IMG/VR virus record: IMGVR_UViG_3300035703_000005
Coordinates: 1-64,000 of that record
Direction: 5' to 3' (one strand)
DNA length: 64,000 bases
The notes beneath the pieces were generated by a model that worked only from the letters and a program-made list of their open reading frames with translations, was not told where the DNA came from and searched no databases. This document shows positions 8,144 through 17,826 of the stretch, piece by piece. The first letter of the stretch is position 1. Every line of letters starts with the position of its first letter. A program made the translations under genes and the position numbers.

Positions 8144-11100
8144 TTATTTGTTTCTTTTTAATTCATCAATTTCATTCTTCAATTCTTTAATTGCTTCAAT
8201 AAGTAGTGGAACAATTTTTTCATATTTTACAATCAAAATTTCTTCATCATTAAGTTTTTCCTTCTTAACCGCCTCTGGGAGAACTTCTTGGACTTGTTGT
8301 GCAGAAACACCGACTTGTGAAATACCACCCACAAATCCAAGACTAATTGCTTTTTCATTCCAATTAAATGTAAATCCACTTAATGATAGTACCTTTTGAA
8401 GCGCATTAGAAATGGTTGTTCTATTAGTCTTAAGTCTATCGTCAGACGCAGCACCAGCAAAAGCAGTAATATCTCCTCTTATATACAAATTAGATTGAGA
8501 TGCAGTATTATCTGGTAGATAGTAAATATTTGGTGAGGTATATAGAAGTTCACTTGCCGATGATCCATTATCAGAATCTACAAAGGTTAAGAAATGTGCG
8601 CTTGGTGTGGCTAACTGCCTCGATATAGTTGCAATAGTATTTGCGTTTGTCGCTGTTGTTGCAGTAGCTGCGTTTCCGTTTACATTTCCAGTCAAATTAC
8701 CCACAAAAGTCGTTGCAGTGATAATACCTGCAGCAAAACCACCTAAACCATTTCTAATAACTGCATAATTTGCAGTATTATTTGATGATCCATTCAATCC
8801 AATTGTCAAGTTTCCACTATTATCAAATGTTCCACCAGTCAGAACACCAGATGTTTGGATAGTGAATTGTAGTGATCCACTAAATTGGGTTGCGGTAACA
8901 ACTCCTGCTCTGAAATTACCAAATTGGTCACGTCTTACAATTCTATTAGCAGTATTTGCAGTATCTGTTGACCAACCTTGTAGTAAGGAAGCATTTAAGT
9001 TGGATACCTGTGTAGTAGAATTTACGGACAGTGGAGCAGTTCCTGTAGCAACTGTGGAATTAAATATTTGGGCAGTTACTTGACCAGAAGTTCCACAATT
9101 GATATTCATGTTATTTGGAGAACCTGGTGATGTAGCTCCAGGTCCAAAAGCACTGATAATACCAGCATTGGCATAAATTCCTTCACCTGTTCCAGATCCA
9201 GAAATCCAAAGTTTACTGGTAATCTGAGCGTTTGTATAAGTTGCACCAGTACCTGTAATAGCAGTAATGACACCAACATTGATGAATGCTGTTAAAGGAT
9301 CTGCTGATGAATTTCCTCTTAAGGTTCTGATCGTTGCAGTTGTAATAATTCCACTATTTACATAAGCAGTAGGAGATCCAATCCAATCAGTTACTACTTT
9401 ATTCGTACTTGTAGAAATGCCGAAAGTTCCTGAACTATAATTTAAATTTGTTCCACTTAGAGCAGTTATAACACCTGTATTAACATGTGCTGTCGGAGTT
9501 GCAAATCTAAGTTCAGCTCTCATTCCTTGAATAAAAGCATCAGTTCCTCTGTATGTTGTAATTGTAGCTGCAACACCAGAAAGTGAAATAATATTTGAAT
9601 TTTGTGATGTAAAGTTAGAACAAGTACCGATGGAACTGTTAAATGAAGTTATAATACCATTTGTGATGAAGGCATCTTTATATACAGTTATAGTTTGAAC
9701 GCCAATTTGCGTTCCGATGAGTTCCGTGGATGTAATTACTCCAGCATTACATACCAAGTTTCCAACATTTAGAGTCCCAGCAACAGTTGAAATTCCAGAA
9801 AATACGGAATTAAATGAATTTTCAAATCTTACTGTTGCATTTGTAAATGTAGCTGCAGTTCCCGTAACTTCCATTCTCTGGAATTGGGCAATAGAATCAG
9901 CATTAGTATGTCTAATTGTATAATTGGAACTACCAGACCCAATGTAGACTGTTTGATTATTAATCGTAATCTCATCGAATACGGCTTGTCCAATTGCTTG
10001 GTTTCCAGCAAATGTAACTGCACCACCTACATAAAGATTTTTAACTTTAACTGTTCCATTAACTTCTAAAGCATCTCTAAAGTTGTAGATACCAGAACTT
10101 TGACCAATACCAACTTTATCTAAAACTAAGAAATCACTATCCTTTTCTCTGGAAATATTTCCCCATCTACGCCAATCACCATCTACATAAGCATGTCCAA
10201 TATATCCACCAGGTTCTGGTAGTGCTAGAAGTGAAATATCTCCAGATTTCTTTGGATCGATAGGAGTAGAAATTCCAACCGTTATTAATTTTGGTTGAGA
10301 AGCAACACCCTTAATATAAAGATCTCTAGTTTCTAATCCATCTTCAGAAGAGTTGGTAACTTTTTGTGAGAAGTTTACTGGGCCATAAAACTGTGATGTT
10401 TGATTACTGTTTTCTCCACCTTCAACAGTAATTCTTTCTTTTACAACAAGATCATCAAATACTCCACTATTTCTCTTGGTAATTTCTGCATCCGCATCAT
10501 CGCCAAAGAAAGTTACGATAGGAGCTTCAATTACTTCTTCTTCACCTGTAGCTCCGTTAATCTTAGTAGCTCCAGAGAAGAATTCTCCCCTATCGTTCAT
10601 TCCAGTGTAAACGACCGTTCCACCATCCTGTTCTCTAGCTTGAGAGACTAAGACCTCATCATTACTTAACACCCTGTCTTGGACCACTGGCAATCCAGTA
10701 GAATAGTTTCCGGGTCCATATCCAAGATACTCAAATGTATGGCCAGAAGCACGAAGAATTGAGTGTCTACGAACCTCCATTGGGAGAATTCTTATTTTTC
10801 TGATTACAGATCCAGCAACAGCTTCTACTTTTGCTGTAGAAAATTGTCCCCTATTTACTGTAATAGTATTTACAACAGGATTATTGGAAACCCTTACAAT
10901 TTCAGCATTAACAATGAGATAATCACCCTTTGAGATACCTCCAGTCGAAGACAGAGTGAATGTTGATGTAGTTTTACTTATATCTGATGCAAGAGTTGTA
11001 GTAATTCCAGCATAGATGTAACTTCCTCTTCCTCCAATATTTTCTTCTCCAGCTCCAAGGGCTCTTCCATTCGCAGAATATCCATATTTGTGAACACTGA

Positions 11101-14100
11101 TTCCACTTGCGGAAACTGTCTGGGTAATAGTCGTAATTCCCGCATTGAAATTAAAAGTTGTAATTCCGACTATTTCACTTACAGTAAATTTATCAGAGAA
11201 GAACGTATTTCCAGTTCCAACCATTTTGAAGGCGTTTCCTGGAAGTAAACCATGAGAATTTAAACAAGTTACTGTTGCAATTCCTGATTCTTTATTGAAG
11301 TTGATATTAGATACCCTGATACCTTCAGAAACTAATGATATAATCGGTAGAGAGTCATCAGTTCTTGGTAAATATGTTGCTCCAATTCCATTTGGATTAA
11401 AGATTGCAACACTATTTGATGAAGGAACACTTACAATTCTGAAAACTCCATTTAATTTAGTATCAGCAAATCCAGTCAATTCAAGAGTGTCCCCAACATT
11501 GTTGGATATTTCTGTAACTTGGACAACCGCAGATTGAGTTGGGGTTGCTGCTGGAGAAGCAGAAATGGTCATGGTGTTTCCTACACCATAAGCACATCCA
11601 CTATCCACAATTTCAATTGATGTAATTGTATTACCTACAGAAATAGTTGATTTTACGGTAGCATTTTTACCAGAAATGAGTGGATTACTTAATTCTGCAG
11701 AATAAAGTGTACTTGTAACTCCTGCAGAATTGTTATAACCTTGCCCGGGTTCAATTAAACTTAATGACTTAATTTGATTTAGATTATGATCTACATTCGT
11801 AAATATGGTAACAGTTGTATTTCCTGTTCCCGTTATTACTACACCAGTAACAGCATATCCAATTCTATTATTTTCTAAGAATACATTTAGTGCTTCCTTT
11901 GTAATAGAATTCTTTTTATCATTTGATACAACTTTTCCTAAGGGGAAAAGTTTAGCGTGACTTACAGAATCTCTAGGATCCGAATCAAAATTATCCCTAT
12001 CTTGTTGTGGATAAAGATCACGAATATCTTGATTAAATCTCTTTTCACTTAAACCAAATCCAACATTTTGATTTGGTGAAATACTACCACTTAATGCGGT
12101 AATAATATAGATACCATCCTGTCCATCAATACCAGGAATATGTTTTTTAATTTCACTACTTCTATAGATGAACAGACTGTCCCTGTATTTCTCTCTTTGA
12201 ACTACAGGTAAAGAGTCTACCTGTTGTTGAGTGGATCTTTGGTTAGTCTGATTTAGGAAAGTTCCTGGACTACTAGAAAGACCAGTATAGGTAAATTGTT
12301 TTGTACTTGGAACACTAAAAACTTCAAATGTTCCATTATAAGGAATGTCTTCAGTACCCTGTAAATTATTACTACTTACAATATTGGTTATTTTTACTCT
12401 GTCTCCAACAACCAAGTTGTGTGGTAACTCGGTTTTTATAGTTACTGTTCCAGTATTATATGTAGCTCCAACAATAATTTTTGGATTTCTCAATTGAGTT
12501 GGATCATCTATAGATGAAGATAGGAAAGATGCACTACCAACTCCAACAGTTTTTGACTCTTGTAGGATAAATCCATCCGTTGGTGGACGAGCGTTAATAA
12601 ATTCTTTTGGAATTACATAACGAATTTTATAAATTCTATCTTCAAGTCCTCTATTATCTACTTTTCTTGTAATAAATGTTGCACCAGTAACACTTCCTAA
12701 AATACTAGTGCCTATTCCAACAATACCACCTTCACCTGGAGCACCATAAATTGTATTAAAAATTGTGGCTTTTGAACCTAAAATGTACCACTGTCTTTCA
12801 TTATTATCATATTGGATCGGATGTCCAACTTGACCTGGGCGTTTATCGGAAACAGAACTAACTACTTTTAAAATTCCACCGCCATTTGAAATACCAGTAA
12901 TTGTATTTCCAGCATTCGCATCATTAAGTGAAGATGAAATTTTAATTTGATTTGGATTTAATCCTGTTGTGTAAGCATAATAAACTTTATTTTCTTGAAT
13001 ATTTGATGGTAATTCTCCAGTGTCACTGTATATTCTGATGGATTCTCCATTAAAAAGTTGGTGATTTGTTTTTAATGTGAAAATATTTGAGGTAACACTG
13101 TTAATACCAGCAACTCTACCTACTTCATATACCTTTTCTGCAGATGTACCGATACCTGATGGAACATCCATCAGAATTGGACTTTTAAAAGTAGTTTCTT
13201 GACTTGATATAATTACGGAAAGATATAATTCTTCACCTCTTTTTGCACCAATTCTGTATGAATCGATTTGAGAGGGTGGTTCAATGTCTGGGCTAGTATA
13301 ATCTGCAAGATAAAGTCTATCGGTAATTCCGACCGAAACAATTTTAGCAGCATCTAAGGCCAACCAGGAAACAGCAGTAGTTCTTGGAGCTGGTTCTCTT
13401 GGTGGAATAATGTGAGTAATATAACCAACATCATCCCTATCAAAAGATTCTGATCTGAATCCTGATGATTCGAGAGCAATTGCTCCAAAGTTTGAGTTTG
13501 AGTTGGTAATTGACTGGTCACCACCAGATTCCGCAACAAAGTGTTTTGCATAACCAATAGCAAAGATAGAAACACATTGAATGATAGCATTATTGCTACA
13601 CTTCATGTGAACATTTTCATAATCTGTTTTGTATATTGCTTTTGAATTAGTATGTAAAGGTTTTTGACTATCCGATACAGTCAAATTATCATTATAGATT
13701 CCAGTTTCAGGATCATACAAAATAAAAGCATTATCATCTTTTTGTAGAGAAATTCCTGTAAATTGTGCAGTCAACATGGATTTGAATCCAGTCGCTTTAT
13801 TTCCATCTGCATGTAATCCGTTCATACCATAAACGGATCTTAATGTACAAGAGAAAATATATGGAGATGCAGAAGATACGCTATCAGATTCTACGACAAT
13901 ATTTGCATTTACATATTTTTCAAAAGTTGGAAGTGGATCCGTTGGAGTTGATGAAGCAGTATATGTAAAAGTTGTATTGTTAACAACGTCAGAAACTAGG
14001 AAAGAACCGTTATATGAAGAGATATTTGTAGTAATACCCGAAATCAAAATTGGTGTGTCTTTGAACAGATTGTGGTCTACATCTGTAGAAACAGTTACTG

Positions 14101-15013
14101 TTTGTGTTGGAACAATCCCATTACCAGATCTAATACTTGTAATACCAATTGCATTTGCACGAAGATCGCCTACAATTCTATATTCGTCAATAGATGGTTC
14201 AAAATCTGTTCCAGATGAAACTGGGAAATTGGCTAATCCTCTACCAGAAGTATCACCATAAGCATGAGTAATCTTATAGTAATACATCTCTAAATCTGTC
14301 AAATCCGTTAATTCGGATCCGAGTCTCACTAGATTTACACCATCAGCATATTCAAAACAGGTTAGTTTGTGGTGAGAGAAATTTGGAGCAACTTTTCTGA
14401 CGGTTGTGTCTTTATATGCAGGTCGATTAGGGTCAGCATCAAATAAAGTAAATGATGTGAAGTAACAAGTTCCAGTTACTCTAAAGATTGATGAAGGCGA
14501 TACGTTCTCATTTTCTGGATCGGGAACATATAATGGTCTAATTTTAGTTTTTCTTAAATCTAAACCTACGATAGAGGTTCCTCTTGGTAGGATAACTCCA
14601 CCTTCTATAGAGTTAAACTTTCTTAAATCATTGTCCTCATCAAAAATATCAAAATTTGAATTTTCCGTAAATTCTGTGATGGTTGCTCCTGAAGTTGTCC
14701 ATCCAAAATTCAAAGGTCTTTTAAATACTGCTGCTGAACTAATGTTCTGTATAGAAAATCCAGGTCTATTGTCAATGTAGTGAGTTCCAGGATATACTAA
14801 AACAGTTGTATTATCAATTTTATCGTTATTTCTTCCTACCTGATATGAAAATCTTGCTGCTTCAATAAGTGCTCTCTGAATTGTTCTGAACGGTCTTGTT
14901 AATGAATTACCTCTATTTTCAAAACTATCAGTAGCATCAAAATCTGAAGGATTGACATAAAGAATATTACCTTCGGCATTCTTAAGAAAATTCTCTAATC
15001 TACTTAAAGGCAT
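8144..15013 (-). CDS. Large virion fibre/structural protein with C-terminal peptidase S74 intramolecular chaperone
   Basis: C-terminal SDDRLK...GFTFNW...GVSAQQVQEVLPEAV...YEKIVPLLIEAIKELK; T/S/G/N-rich beta repeats. Confidence 0.85.
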   Translation of the reverse strand: MPLSRLENFLKNAEGNILYVNPSDFDATDSFENRGNSLTRPFRTIQRALIEAARFSYQVGRNNDKIDNTTVLVYPGTHYIDNRPGFSIQNISSAAVFKRPLNFGWTTSGATITEFTENSNFDIFDEDNDLRKFNSIEGGVILPRGTSIVGLDLRKTKIRPLYVPDPENENVSPSSIFRVTGTCYFTSFTLFDADPNRPAYKDTTVRKVAPNFSHHKLTCFEYADGVNLVRLGSELTDLTDLEMYYYKITHAYGDTSGRGLANFPVSSGTDFEPSIDEYRIVGDLRANAIGITSIRSGNGIVPTQTVTVSTDVDHNLFKDTPILISGITTNISSYNGSFLVSDVVNNTTFTYTASSTPTDPLPTFEKYVNANIVVESDSVSSASPYIFSCTLRSVYGMNGLHADGNKATGFKSMLTAQFTGISLQKDDNAFILYDPETGIYNDNLTVSDSQKPLHTNSKAIYKTDYENVHMKCSNNAIIQCVSIFAIGYAKHFVAESGGDQSITNSNSNFGAIALESSGFRSESFDRDDVGYITHIIPPREPAPRTTAVSWLALDAAKIVSVGITDRLYLADYTSPDIEPPSQIDSYRIGAKRGEELYLSVIISSQETTFKSPILMDVPSGIGTSAEKVYEVGRVAGINSVTSNIFTLKTNHQLFNGESIRIYSDTGELPSNIQENKVYYAYTTGLNPNQIKISSSLNDANAGNTITGISNGGGILKVVSSVSDKRPGQVGHPIQYDNNERQWYILGSKATIFNTIYGAPGEGGIVGIGTSILGSVTGATFITRKVDNRGLEDRIYKIRYVIPKEFINARPPTDGFILQESKTVGVGSASFLSSSIDDPTQLRNPKIIVGATYNTGTVTIKTELPHNLVVGDRVKITNIVSSNNLQGTEDIPYNGTFEVFSVPSTKQFTYTGLSSSPGTFLNQTNQRSTQQQVDSLPVVQREKYRDSLFIYRSSEIKKHIPGIDGQDGIYIITALSGSISPNQNVGFGLSEKRFNQDIRDLYPQQDRDNFDSDPRDSVSHAKLFPLGKVVSNDKKNSITKEALNVFLENNRIGYAVTGVVITGTGNTTVTIFTNVDHNLNQIKSLSLIEPGQGYNNSAGVTSTLYSAELSNPLISGKNATVKSTISVGNTITSIEIVDSGCAYGVGNTMTISASPAATPTQSAVVQVTEISNNVGDTLELTGFADTKLNGVFRIVSVPSSNSVAIFNPNGIGATYLPRTDDSLPIISLVSEGIRVSNINFNKESGIATVTCLNSHGLLPGNAFKMVGTGNTFFSDKFTVSEIVGITTFNFNAGITTITQTVSASGISVHKYGYSANGRALGAGEENIGGRGSYIYAGITTTLASDISKTTSTFTLSSTGGISKGDYLIVNAEIVRVSNNPVVNTITVNRGQFSTAKVEAVAGSVIRKIRILPMEVRRHSILRASGHTFEYLGYGPGNYSTGLPVVQDRVLSNDEVLVSQAREQDGGTVVYTGMNDRGEFFSGATKINGATGEEEVIEAPIVTFFGDDADAEITKRNSGVFDDLVVKERITVEGGENSNQTSQFYGPVNFSQKVTNSSEDGLETRDLYIKGVASQPKLITVGISTPIDPKKSGDISLLALPEPGGYIGHAYVDGDWRRWGNISREKDSDFLVLDKVGIGQSSGIYNFRDALEVNGTVKVKNLYVGGAVTFAGNQAIGQAVFDEITINNQTVYIGSGSSNYTIRHTNADSIAQFQRMEVTGTAATFTNATVRFENSFNSVFSGISTVAGTLNVGNLVCNAGVITSTELIGTQIGVQTITVYKDAFITNGIITSFNSSIGTCSNFTSQNSNIISLSGVAATITTYRGTDAFIQGMRAELRFATPTAHVNTGVITALSGTNLNYSSGTFGISTSTNKVVTDWIGSPTAYVNSGIITTATIRTLRGNSSADPLTAFINVGVITAITGTGATYTNAQITSKLWISGSGTGEGIYANAGIISAFGPGATSPGSPNNMNINCGTSGQVTAQIFNSTVATGTAPLSVNSTTQVSNLNASLLQGWSTDTANTANRIVRRDQFGNFRAGVVTATQFSGSLQFTIQTSGVLTGGTFDNSGNLTIGLNGSSNNTANYAVIRNGLGGFAAGIITATTFVGNLTGNVNGNAATATTATNANTIATISRQLATPSAHFLTFVDSDNGSSASELLYTSPNIYYLPDNTASQSNLYIRGDITAFAGAASDDRLKTNRTTISNALQKVLSLSGFTFNWNEKAISLGFVGGISQVGVSAQQVQEVLPEAVKKEKLNDEEILIVKYEKIVPLLIEAIKELKNEIDELKRNK

Positions 15014-15048
15014 TGTGTTATCCTATAGCGACAAATCTATTCTTTTTA

Positions 15049-15056
15049 TATTTAGA
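15049..15056 (-). promoter_or_regulatory. T4-type late promoter variant TCTAAATA
   Basis: TAAATA core about 35 nt upstream of the fibre ATG. Confidence 0.5.
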
Positions 15057-15060
15057 CACT

Positions 15061-15085
15061 AAAAAACCTCCCTATGGGGAGGTTT
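15061..15085 (-). terminator. Rho-independent terminator after the Mom-like gene
   Basis: AAACCTCCC/GGGAGGTTT stem with T run on the minus strand. Confidence 0.7.
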
Positions 15086-15126
15086 AGATTAACACAATTA
15101 AAATTCCTTCACACGGAATTTATATC

Positions 15127-15738
15127 TTACCACTTAACTTCTTTCCAGTCAAGTTTCTCTTTTAATTGTTTTTGAAACACCATAAGATACCGATGTTTAC
15201 GAGAGCGATCCCTCCACTCACCATCAATACCTCTAATACTACCTCTAGAGTGTTTAGTCCCGTCACTGTAATAAAAATCCTTTTTAGGGTCTGTTAAGCC
15301 GTAATACTTAAAATTACAAGCTCTGTATATAGTTCCATTGTGGTGATCAGCATCAGCGTAACTAAGAATACAATGAACGCGGGCATCTTTTCTAAACCTC
15401 TTAATGCAGCGACTAACGAACCATGAAGTAATGTTATATTCTTCTTTTTGAACTTCTGGGTCTATACAGAGACGAGAAAGTTCAAACAAACCTTCTTGTT
15501 CATCTCTTTGAAGACCAAAAGCACCTACTGCAATTTCTGGGACTGGGAGGCCAGTAAAAACGCAAGCACCAAGGCACCTGCCAATTCTAAGGGGACATTC
15601 CCATTCAGTATGTCTGAAAAGTCCATAATTGTAGCCGGATTTGAAGTCTTTGGATTCGTCTTTTAAGTAATGATGATTATAAAGTAAATCTTTAATTTCA
15701 TCTTTACTAACTCTATCTATATAAAAATCACTTTTCAC
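15127..15738 (-). CDS. Mom-like GNAT-fold DNA adenine-modification protein
   Basis: ELSRLC, WFVSRCIK, ILSYAD...HNGTIYRACNFKYYG resemble the Mu Mom family. Confidence 0.65.
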   Translation of the reverse strand: MKSDFYIDRVSKDEIKDLLYNHHYLKDESKDFKSGYNYGLFRHTEWECPLRIGRCLGACVFTGLPVPEIAVGAFGLQRDEQEGLFELSRLCIDPEVQKEEYNITSWFVSRCIKRFRKDARVHCILSYADADHHNGTIYRACNFKYYGLTDPKKDFYYSDGTKHSRGSIRGIDGEWRDRSRKHRYLMVFQKQLKEKLDWKEVKW

Positions 15739-15747
15739 TGAGTATTT

Positions 15748-15915
15748 TTACTTACTTTGTTTGTGTTTCACAATATATTCTACCGTTGTTGCAACATCAT
15801 TCATTGCAGTACGAAGATCACTCTGATTTCCTGCATGTTGTTCCATGGTTGATGGGTCTGTTAATGTCCATCTCCATTGATTCATGTCTTTATTATACCA
15901 GAGATTTATGATCAT
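15748..15915 (-). CDS. Hypothetical protein (55 aa), not in ORF track
   Basis: Hand translation MIINLWYNKDMNQWRWTLTDPSTMEQHAGNQSDLRTAMNDVATTVEYIVKHKQSK. Confidence 0.65.
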   Translation of the reverse strand: MIINLWYNKDMNQWRWTLTDPSTMEQHAGNQSDLRTAMNDVATTVEYIVKHKQSK

Positions 15916-15934
15916 TTTAGAATTTTAAATCTAA

Positions 15935-16007
15935 AGCCCCCGCTCGGAATCGAACCGAGAATCTTCCGCTTACAAGGCGGATGCAGTAACCGTTATGCTA
16001 CAAGGGC
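15935..16007 (-). tRNA. trnT: tRNA-Thr(UGU)
   Basis: GCCCTTG acceptor; TCCGC-CT-TGT-AA-GCGGA anticodon arm; CTCGG-TTCGATT-CCGAG T arm; no encoded CCA. Confidence 0.95.
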
Positions 16008-16020
16008 GTAAAAGATTGGA

Positions 16021-16500
16021 TTATTTCCGATCAAACTGGAAAAGGCCGTGATATGAACCCCAGACTTGTTCATCTGTTTCTGGATTAAATCCTTTATCTA
16101 CAACATTATAATAGTTATTTCCAAGAAAAGCTTCTGTAACTAGATATGTATTTTTTCCAGATTTTTCAATAAAACATTCTTTACATGTATTTTGCCCGTG
16201 AAATTCATCTTTCTCTTCATCGTAAGTAAAGATGACATTACATCCTTCTAGGTAAGGTTGTTCTTCTGTATCCTTATAAGATTTTAGAATAATGTTTCCA
16301 TTTTCTTCGATGACTTCAATAATAGATTGTCTATATGGATTTTGATCCATTATATATTTTTGAGTCACTCTAAATTTATTGTCTGAAATTTTTGTGTGGT
16401 TAACTTCAATTAATGCAAATTCCCTAGGCATATAAAATGCTTGTTTTTGGTTATCAAAATAACCTTCGAAATAAGAAATAAATTTAGATGTAAGGGTCAT
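16021..16500 (-). CDS. cpeT: CpeT/CpcT-family phycobiliprotein lyase
   Basis: EGYFDNQKQA, NPYRQ, EGCNVIF, C..C, D.GFNPETDEQVWGS.HG.F.F.R. Confidence 0.9.
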   Translation of the reverse strand: MTLTSKFISYFEGYFDNQKQAFYMPREFALIEVNHTKISDNKFRVTQKYIMDQNPYRQSIIEVIEENGNIILKSYKDTEEQPYLEGCNVIFTYDEEKDEFHGQNTCKECFIEKSGKNTYLVTEAFLGNNYYNVVDKGFNPETDEQVWGSYHGLFQFDRK

Positions 16501-16520
16501 TTTAAAAAATATTTTTGATT

Positions 16521-16528
16521 TATTTATA
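16521..16528 (-). promoter_or_regulatory. T4 late promoter TATAAATA upstream of cpeT
   Basis: Exact consensus 20 nt upstream of the cpeT ATG. Confidence 0.7.
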
Positions 16529-16531
16529 CAA

Positions 16532-16616
16532 TAGGAACGGGGAGACTTGAACTCCCACGAGCATAATGCCCAACTGATTTTAAGTCAGGTGCGTCTACCG
16601 ATTCCGCCACGCTCCC
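16532..16616 (-). tRNA. trnL: tRNA-Leu(UAA)
   Basis: Long variable arm; CCTGA-CT-TAA-AA-TCAG anticodon arm; GGGAG-TTCAAGT-CTCCC T arm. Confidence 0.95.
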
Positions 16617-16626
16617 ATGTTTTAGG

Positions 16627-16698
16627 TAGGACTGCAGGGAATTGAACCCCGTTCACTCCGTTATAAGCAGAGGGCTTTAACCAATAAGCAACAGTCCC
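16627..16698 (-). tRNA. trnI: tRNA-Ile(UAU)
   Basis: GGGACTG/CAGTCCT acceptor; CTCTG-CT-TAT-AA-CGGAG anticodon arm; CGGGG-TTCAATT-CCCTG T arm. Confidence 0.9.
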
Positions 16699-16707
16699 AT
16701 AAAGATC

Positions 16708-16917
16708 CTACTCGGTTTTGTAGGTTTTAGGATTATACTTCAAGAACTCAAAGAATGTCAACTTCATTTCTTTTTGAGTCATTCCACAATGTTTTGCTGC
16801 AGCAGGCAAAGTCATTTTTGCCTGAAATAATCCTTGATTAGCTTCATGAACATTTTCTGGAGTAGTTTTCACTGGATACTCATAAAGATTTTTGTAACTA
16901 ATTTTAAATGGATTCAT
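16708..16917 (-). CDS. Hypothetical protein, possible helix-turn-helix
   Basis: ORF track 16708..16950; TLPAAAKHCGMTQKEMK; ATG at 16917 follows the upstream stop. Confidence 0.65.
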   Translation of the reverse strand: MNPFKISYKNLYEYPVKTTPENVHEANQGLFQAKMTLPAAAKHCGMTQKEMKLTFFEFLKYNPKTYKTE

Positions 16918-16918
16918 T

Positions 16919-17068
16919 TTAGATTGGTACAATCTCCAGGTTTTGTGCATTGAGTTCGGTCTTAACGTAAGACTCCCACCTCATTGCGTCTTCTATATTG
17001 TAGAACACCACTTCGTGTTTGGCAAGGCCCTTTTTCTTGGGTTTAAGGTACTGAACCTTATACTTCAT
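16919..17068 (-). CDS. Hypothetical protein (49 aa), not in ORF track
   Basis: Hand translation MKYKVQYLKPKKKGLAKHEVVFYNIEDAMRWESYVKTELNAQNLEIVPI. Confidence 0.65.
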   Translation of the reverse strand: MKYKVQYLKPKKKGLAKHEVVFYNIEDAMRWESYVKTELNAQNLEIVPI

Positions 17069-17094
17069 AATGATTGCATTGATGAACATTAATT

Positions 17095-17826
17095 TTATAG
17101 GATAAATCCGGATTCCTCAACAGTTTTTGACATACTGTAATATTTTTTAGGGTCTCTAAAAGTTTCATGTATATCAAAATTTCTATCTTCAAAAAATTTT
17201 AAAAGATATTTGGAAAATTCTACATTTTGGATAAGCGTAAGATGATTTGGTCTTATATGTGGATATTCGAATACTCTTATTTTCGAAAACTGTATCATAT
17301 CTTGTAATTGTATTCTCCACATTCCTGGTATTTTTTCTGATAAAATTTTATTTTTTTTCATTTTACTAAAATCAAATGAATCTATATTAAAAGAATCTGG
17401 TCTTTTAAGTTTTACACTATCTTTCATGGAAATGACATTTATTAAATTTTTTAATTTATATTCTTTTGAGTTTTCTTTTTCATTAATAATCCAATTTTTT
17501 AATTCATTTGTTAGAGGTCTTTTTTCGTATATTTGTTGTGATTCAAATATATTATCTAAAGTATCTGATTGAATAAAACTACAATAATGTTCTAAAATAT
17601 TATTATTATTAAAATCTGAAATTAACCAACTTCTAGTAGGTTGAGTCCAGAAAAATAATACATAATCATATTTTTCATGAGTTTCTAAAAATTTTAAATA
17701 AGAATATCCAACAGAAGTCCCAGCACGAGCAAATATATCAACTTTACCTTTTGTTAATTTTTCAAAACATTTTGGCCAACCTTGATATGTGGAGGCAAAA
17801 CTGTCTCCGTATATAGCTATTTTCAT
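17095..17826 (-). CDS. SGNH/GDSL-like protein, paralog A
   Basis: N-terminal IAIYGDSF; S.G.S..YSYLKFL; C-terminal NHLT. Confidence 0.55.
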   Translation of the reverse strand: MKIAIYGDSFASTYQGWPKCFEKLTKGKVDIFARAGTSVGYSYLKFLETHEKYDYVLFFWTQPTRSWLISDFNNNNILEHYCSFIQSDTLDNIFESQQIYEKRPLTNELKNWIINEKENSKEYKLKNLINVISMKDSVKLKRPDSFNIDSFDFSKMKKNKILSEKIPGMWRIQLQDMIQFSKIRVFEYPHIRPNHLTLIQNVEFSKYLLKFFEDRNFDIHETFRDPKKYYSMSKTVEESGFIL

